The position numbers and the translations under genes are program-made. 64,000 nucleotides of DNA from an uncultured Gammaproteobacteria bacterium (lineage in GTDB: Bacteria; Patescibacteriota; Microgenomatia; JALYQM01): NCBI GenBank assembly GCA_964525495.1, contig CAZGHS010000001.1:102263-166262 (forward strand), written 5' to 3'. The first letter of the stretch is position 1, and the number at the start of each line of letters is the position of its first letter. Shown here in pieces: positions 58,956-64,000 of the stretch. The notes beneath the pieces are model-generated. The model was given only the letters and a program-made list of their open reading frames with translations, searched no databases and was not told the DNA's origin.

Positions 58956-59010
58956 CTCGTCCTTGTAGAGAAAAGAGATTACTCTTTTGTCTGCAGCGAC
59001 GAGTTTTTTT
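58956..59010 (+). terminator. long imperfect hairpin (outer ctcgtc/gacgag, inner 11-bp AU-rich stem) followed by T7, ending 13 nt before ATG 59024
   Basis: read directly; no plus-strand gene upstream for 1.5 kb, so likely 3' end of a small RNA or an attenuating leader. Confidence 0.45.
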
Positions 59011-59023
59011 GTACAATAAAAAT

Positions 59024-59557
59024 ATGATAAACATAATATTCGAGTCTCATAACACCACAGTAGACAACGAAAACAATCGTGCGTCAGGTCATTATGATGT
59101 TGAACTCTCAGAAAAAGGCAAACAGCAATCCAGAGCTTTAGGGGAAAGATATAAGGGCACCCAAATTGACGCAATCTTCTGCTCTGATATGCAACGCTCA
59201 TACAAAACAGCCGAAGGCGCTTTTCCTCACAGAGATATTCCCACCTTCCGAGATGAGCGTCTTCGCGAATGTGATTATGGCGATATGACTCGAGCACCTA
59301 AAGACCAGGTTGAAGGCGAGCGCATGCAACGTATCATCACGCCTTATCCCAACGGTGAAAGCCTTCAACAACGAACACAGAAAATGAAATCATTTTTAGA
59401 TGAAATAAAAGAACAGTATGATGGGAAGATCATCATGATAATCGGTCACCGTGCAACTCGCTACGCACTCGAGCACTATTTAAATAATAAATCATTAGAA
59501 CAAGCAATCTCAGAGCCCAATCAATGGCAACCAGGCTGGAAGTATTATTTACAGTAA
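59024..59557 (+). CDS. histidine phosphatase family protein
   Basis: start at ATG 59024 (ORF call began at TTG 59009); IIFESHNT ... IDAIFCSDMQRSYKTAE ... IIMIIGHRATR pattern of PGAM-like phosphatases. Confidence 0.6.
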   Translation: MINIIFESHNTTVDNENNRASGHYDVELSEKGKQQSRALGERYKGTQIDAIFCSDMQRSYKTAEGAFPHRDIPTFRDERLRECDYGDMTRAPKDQVEGERMQRIITPYPNGESLQQRTQKMKSFLDEIKEQYDGKIIMIIGHRATRYALEHYLNNKSLEQAISEPNQWQPGWKYYLQ

Positions 59558-59569
59558 GGAAAGCCTATT

Positions 59570-59785
59570 ATGCAACCAAGCGAAGTACCCAAACAAAGCA
59601 CCCCAAACGATATAGCTACCTGTACTGTAGAAACATGCATTTTGACAAACCAAAGGGAGCCAGATAGACCACATTGCCTCTGGATTCAAGGGCAAATTGT
59701 CGCAGCAAACCCATCACCGGAGTATATTCAAATGATCAGGAAACAATATGCAAACTGTCCAAGATTACGAAAAACAATAAATTAA
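59570..59785 (+). CDS. hypothetical small protein
   Basis: 71 aa; several Cys/His (CTVETC ... HC) could be a small zinc-binding motif; weak. Confidence 0.3.
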   Translation: MQPSEVPKQSTPNDIATCTVETCILTNQREPDRPHCLWIQGQIVAANPSPEYIQMIRKQYANCPRLRKTIN

Positions 59786-59801
59786 AAAAAGGAAAACACA
59801 T

Positions 59802-61238
59802 ATGGCACAAACATTCGAAAAAAAAGGCGTCACCAAAAAGTCAGAAAACATCTCTGACTGGTATATCGACGTCATTACCAAATCTGGCATGGCCGACTAC
59901 TCACCTGTTAAGGGATGTATCGTCTACCGCCCGCTCTCCTACGCTATCTGGGAAAACATCCAGCACTTCATGAATGCAGGCATGAAAGCCATGGACGTCG
60001 AGAACTGTTACTTCCCTCTTTTTATTCCAGAATCGTTTCTAAAAAAAGAAGCAAGCCATGTCGAAGGCTTTGCTCCAGAACTCGCAGTAGTCACTATAGC
60101 AGGTGGCGAAGAGCTCGAAGAAAAATTAGTTGTCCGTCCAACATCCGAAACCATCATGTACACCATGTACAGCAAGTGGATCCAGTCTCACCGTGATCTC
60201 CCACTCAAACTCAACCAATGGAATAACGTCGTCCGATGGGAAAAGCGCACCTATCCATTCATCCGCGGAGCAGAGTTCCTCTGGCAAGAAGCACACACAG
60301 CGCATGCCACACATGAGGAATGCTGGCAGCAAGTGCTCGACGCTCTCGATCTCTATGCACGCACATACGAAGAACTCATGGCACTTCCAGTTATTAAGGG
60401 TCTCAAATCTCAATCTGAGAAATTTGCAGGCGCGGTCAACACCACAACCTGCGAAAACATCATGCCAGACGGTAAAGCTCTCCAGTCATGTACATCACAC
60501 GATCTCGGACAAAACTTTTCGAAAGCCTTTGATGTTATGTTCCAAGACAAAGAAGGTCAAAACCAATACGTCCACCAAACCAGCTTTGGCTATTCCACTC
60601 GCTCTCTCGGCGGACTCGTCATGGTTCATGGCGATGATCAGGGGCTCGTCCTCCCACCTCGCGTCGCACCAACTCAGGTAGTGATCATTCCAATCGGACA
60701 AGAAAACGAAGTATTAAAAGCTGCAGAAAATATCAAACTCGCACTCGAACAAAACTTTATCAGAGCTAAACTCGATGTTCGCTCAGAGTACTCACTCGGT
60801 TTCAAACGCAATGAACACGAACTCAAAGGGACACCTGTACGACTAGAAATTGGACAAAAAGAACTCGAGTCAGGGATGGTTTCAGTATCAATTCGCCACA
60901 ATTCTCAAAAGGAACAAACACCAATCGAATCAATTAGTACATACATGCCAAACCTACTGACCATTATTCACAACGATATGTTCGAAAAAGCTAAAAAAAT
61001 GCAGCATGATCTCACATCAGTTGCAGACACTTACGATCAATTCAAACAAATCATGGAAACCAAAAAGGGATTTATCTATGCTCACTGGTGCGAAAATGCA
61101 GAATGCGAAGCCAAAATCAAAGAAGAAACCAAGGCAAACACACGATGCTTACCCTTCGACCAAGTAGGAGAGAAAGGTTCATGCATCTATTGTGGCAAAC
61201 CATCAAACCACAAATGGCTCTTTGCACAAGCATATTAA
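59802..61238 (+). CDS. proS: proline--tRNA ligase, archaeal/eukaryotic-type
   Basis: 478 aa; class II motifs, no bacterial-type insertion/editing domain, C-terminal zinc-binding CxxC ... CxYC extension typical of archaeal-like ProRS. Confidence 0.9.
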   Translation: MAQTFEKKGVTKKSENISDWYIDVITKSGMADYSPVKGCIVYRPLSYAIWENIQHFMNAGMKAMDVENCYFPLFIPESFLKKEASHVEGFAPELAVVTIAGGEELEEKLVVRPTSETIMYTMYSKWIQSHRDLPLKLNQWNNVVRWEKRTYPFIRGAEFLWQEAHTAHATHEECWQQVLDALDLYARTYEELMALPVIKGLKSQSEKFAGAVNTTTCENIMPDGKALQSCTSHDLGQNFSKAFDVMFQDKEGQNQYVHQTSFGYSTRSLGGLVMVHGDDQGLVLPPRVAPTQVVIIPIGQENEVLKAAENIKLALEQNFIRAKLDVRSEYSLGFKRNEHELKGTPVRLEIGQKELESGMVSVSIRHNSQKEQTPIESISTYMPNLLTIIHNDMFEKAKKMQHDLTSVADTYDQFKQIMETKKGFIYAHWCENAECEAKIKEETKANTRCLPFDQVGEKGSCIYCGKPSNHKWLFAQAY

Positions 61239-61288
61239 ACAACTTGATTACTTAAGCATCTAAGGTGTACGCTAGAAGCAGGGAAATT

Positions 61289-61891
61289 ATGGACAAAACA
61301 CTTCTCAAACAATTAGCAGCTGAGTGTCTCGGCACATTCACACTCTCATTTGTTGTACTAGCATCAATCAACAATCCATCCTTCCCTATTCCGACACCAT
61401 TTCTTGCAGCACTCACTTTGGGAGTGTTTGTCGCAACAATAGGAAAAATATCTGGGTGCCATATTAATCCGGCAGTTACACTTGCACTATTATCAATCAA
61501 AGAGATAACTCCACATAAAGCACTGCGATACATCATTGCACAAATACTAGGTGCGGCACTCGCAAAAACAATATTAACAATGCTCATTCCCAATCTAGTA
61601 TCAGCAACGGCAACAACATCTGTCCAAGCCGCAGTATTTGAAACACTCGGTTCAATGATATTTATCTTTGGTATCGCATCTGTGGTATTCAAAAAAACAT
61701 CAGAAAATATAGCGCCACCAGTCATCGGTCTCTCTTTATTACTAGGTATCTCAACAGCTGCACTCGGATCAAACGCAATTCTCAACCCAGCAGTGGCACT
61801 CGCAATCGGCTCGACCAACCTAATTTACATAATTGCACCAGTTGTCGGTGGAATCATCGCGATGCATAAATATAAGTGGTTAGTAAAGTAA
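61289..61891 (+). CDS. MIP family channel (aquaporin/glycerol facilitator-like)
   Basis: start at MDKTLL (aggga SD); two NPA boxes (HINPAVT, LNPAVA), 6 TM. Confidence 0.8.
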   Translation: MDKTLLKQLAAECLGTFTLSFVVLASINNPSFPIPTPFLAALTLGVFVATIGKISGCHINPAVTLALLSIKEITPHKALRYIIAQILGAALAKTILTMLIPNLVSATATTSVQAAVFETLGSMIFIFGIASVVFKKTSENIAPPVIGLSLLLGISTAALGSNAILNPAVALAIGSTNLIYIIAPVVGGIIAMHKYKWLVK

Positions 61892-61892
61892 A

Positions 61893-63284
61893 CTAGGTCC
61901 TATTCTTCACATCGTAACTAAACTCACTTCTTCTCTCAGCCAAATCAATCGGATACTCTCCATTAAAACACCCCGTATACAGTTGATCCTTCGGCACGCC
62001 CACAGCTCTGACCATCTCATCAAAAGGTAAAAACGTTAAACTCGTCGCTCCAATCTTAACTCGCATCTCTTCTATCTCCATATGCGCAGCAGATAAGTCT
62101 TTCTGTGCAGGCAAATCTATTCCATAAAAATCTGGAAACAAGATCGGCGAAGAAGAGATCACCAGGTGCACCTCTTTCGCTCCAGCATCAAATATTCGCT
62201 TTACTATCCTCGGCGCCGTATTCAATCGCACAATCGAATCATCCACCAAAACCACTTTCAAATCCTTCACCGCTTCCGACACCACGTTATACTTCATATC
62301 TGCTGATCGATCACGTAAATACGTACTCGGCATGATAAACGTCCGATGAATATATCGATTCTTCACAATTCCCATCCGCAACGGTATCCCCTTTCTTTCG
62401 GCAAAACCCTCCGCCGCAGGCACCGCAGAATCTGGTACAGGCACCACCACATCAGCATCTACGTTCAAAATATCAGCCAAAGACTCACCTAAGCGTTTCC
62501 GCACAGAATAAACCCGTTCTCCCAGCAACATACTTTCCGGTCGTGCGAAATACACAAATTCAAACAAATCCAATTTCTGAGTTCCCTCAACTAATTGCTC
62601 ACTGCGCAAACCAGATTTATCTATCACTACCATCTCTCCTGGTTTTACATCCCGCAAAATCTTTGCCTGCACAGTATCAATCGCACACGTCTCTGACGAC
62701 ACCACGTAATGATCATTCCCATATACACCTACACTCAACGGTCGTATCCCATACCCATCCCGCACTGCAACCAAAGTATCTTTAGTCAAAACAAGCAAGG
62801 AAAACGCACCTGTGAATAATGGAAAAGAATTTCTGACTGCTTCATCAAGTGAAGCACCCTTATGCACATAAAAGCTAATCGCCTGATACATCAATTCAGA
62901 ATCATTCAATCCTTCTGTAGCCAAACCATGTTCCGCACAAAACTCCAACAAGAGTTCTATACTCGGCAAATTACCATTATGAGCAAGAGCAACATCTCTA
63001 TAAAACGAAACCGGCTGCAAATGCCCATCTCCACCAGATGTTCCGTACCTATTGTGTCCTATCGCAACATTACATCCAGCCAATCGCGCAAAATCCTCTT
63101 CCGAATACACATGGCTGACTAAGCCCTTACCTTTATGAGTCTGAATCTCTTTACCATCCGCGGCAGCAATCCCAGAAGACTCTTGTCCGCGGTGCTGTAA
63201 CCCAAACAAGCCAAAAAAAGTCTGACGGGCAGCGTCAGAACCATTAAACACACCAAATACTCCGCACTTTTCGTGAATATCCAT
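61893..63284 (-). CDS. purF: amidophosphoribosyltransferase
   Basis: start at MDIHEK-CGVFGV (short propeptide before catalytic Cys); Ntn glutaminase domain, PRTase motif VVLVDDSIVR, C-terminal Cys cluster. Confidence 0.9.
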   Translation of the reverse strand: MDIHEKCGVFGVFNGSDAARQTFFGLFGLQHRGQESSGIAAADGKEIQTHKGKGLVSHVYSEEDFARLAGCNVAIGHNRYGTSGGDGHLQPVSFYRDVALAHNGNLPSIELLLEFCAEHGLATEGLNDSELMYQAISFYVHKGASLDEAVRNSFPLFTGAFSLLVLTKDTLVAVRDGYGIRPLSVGVYGNDHYVVSSETCAIDTVQAKILRDVKPGEMVVIDKSGLRSEQLVEGTQKLDLFEFVYFARPESMLLGERVYSVRKRLGESLADILNVDADVVVPVPDSAVPAAEGFAERKGIPLRMGIVKNRYIHRTFIMPSTYLRDRSADMKYNVVSEAVKDLKVVLVDDSIVRLNTAPRIVKRIFDAGAKEVHLVISSSPILFPDFYGIDLPAQKDLSAAHMEIEEMRVKIGATSLTFLPFDEMVRAVGVPKDQLYTGCFNGEYPIDLAERRSEFSYDVKNRT

Positions 63285-63383
63285 AACAAGCACCCTTACT
63301 GTAGGAGTATCCCGACCTAAATGCAATCGCGAAATCCATATACCCATTTCTTACCACAGACAATGTAATATAATTCACAAAGC

Positions 63384-63890
63384 ATGTTCAATTCAGACAA
63401 AAAAGAATCTCCTGTCCCACTCACAATTTCGCTCAAAAAGCTGGCAATCCTCTCGGTCACCAGTCTCGGATTCTACGACTTCTACTGGTTCTATAAACAG
63501 TGGAAAGCTCTTCAGCACATCAAAAAAAGCAACATTTCCCCCATCGGACGAGCCGTATTCTCAAAAGTATTCGCTTATTTGCTCTTCAAGGAATACTTTA
63601 AACTCGCAAAACAAGAAACACATCAAACCTATCCTTGGCCATCAGCGCTTGCTTTCGCATACATCATCCCTGGACTATTAAGCCAATATGGTCGCATATT
63701 CTGGATATTCACCTTCGCCAGCGCAATTCCTCTCATACCTGCCCAAAAAGCTATCAACGACTATGCCAAAGCGAAAAATCCAGCACTTCATGTCAGTGAT
63801 ACCTTTAGCTGGTACGAAAAGGGTATAATACTGACTGGAAGTATTCTTATCCTGCTCGCATTAGTAAAAATAGGACAAAGCCTTCTATGA
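63384..63890 (+). CDS. hypothetical membrane protein
   Basis: 168 aa, 3-4 TM. Confidence 0.45.
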   Translation: MFNSDKKESPVPLTISLKKLAILSVTSLGFYDFYWFYKQWKALQHIKKSNISPIGRAVFSKVFAYLLFKEYFKLAKQETHQTYPWPSALAFAYIIPGLLSQYGRIFWIFTFASAIPLIPAQKAINDYAKAKNPALHVSDTFSWYEKGIILTGSILILLALVKIGQSLL

Positions 63891-64000
63891 AAAAAATTGC
63901 GATAGCTTTCTCACTCTTTCTGTTATTCTTGTCACCTTCTCAAGCATTCGCTGAACAGATAAATTCATACGATGTACAGATAAATATAAACTCTGACGGC
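63887..64000 (+). CDS. secreted protein, 5' fragment (continues beyond window)
   Basis: MKKIAIAFSLFLLFLSPSQAFA signal peptide; ATGA overlap with upstream gene. Confidence 0.4.
   Translation, partial: MKKIAIAFSLFLLFLSPSQAFAEQINSYDVQININSDG

Overview
This is a low-GC (about 40%) bacterial chromosomal window that is about 90% coding. Long ORFs read with the standard genetic code, and GGAGG-type Shine-Dalgarno sites are common. The gene content suggests a reduced, fermentative, possibly episymbiotic bacterium of the Patescibacteria/CPR type; this is inference, not proven. The content supporting that guess is a fused ADP-forming acetyl-CoA synthetase, a LacD-type class I aldolase with rpe and rpiB, an archaeal-type ProRS, a minimal SufB/SufC operon, an aquaporin, peptidases, and many small or unknown membrane and secreted proteins. 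Core genes I recognise are ruvCAB, ppa, mnmA, galE, pepF, purF, proS, sufB/sufC, rpe/rpiB, an Fe/Mn SOD, a sensor histidine kinase and several glycosyltransferases. I found no rRNA, tRNA, CRISPR array, transposase or integrase. The strongest candidate system is a giant (about 1,970 aa) surface protein at 29.9-35.8 kb. About 13.5 novel W/G-rich 52-aa tandem repeats are nested inside a single LamG-like jelly-roll, followed by several FN3-like domains. It is co-transcribed with a dedicated MacB/FtsX-type ABC transporter and faces a divergently transcribed SOD that carries a Cys/Gly-rich metal-binding tail. Other findings are described in order. A GC-richer islet between ruvC and the aldolase gene has a strong promoter, a multi-palindromic leader, a small secreted protein and a 20-bp inverted repeat. 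An NNMT/PNMT-family methyltransferase, rare in bacteria, is present. Two genes are preceded by hairpin-plus-T leaders that look like attenuators or small RNAs. A processive GT2 synthase sits beside a secreted protein with a pilin-like C-terminal domain. Two genes appear to be transcribed as leaderless mRNAs.
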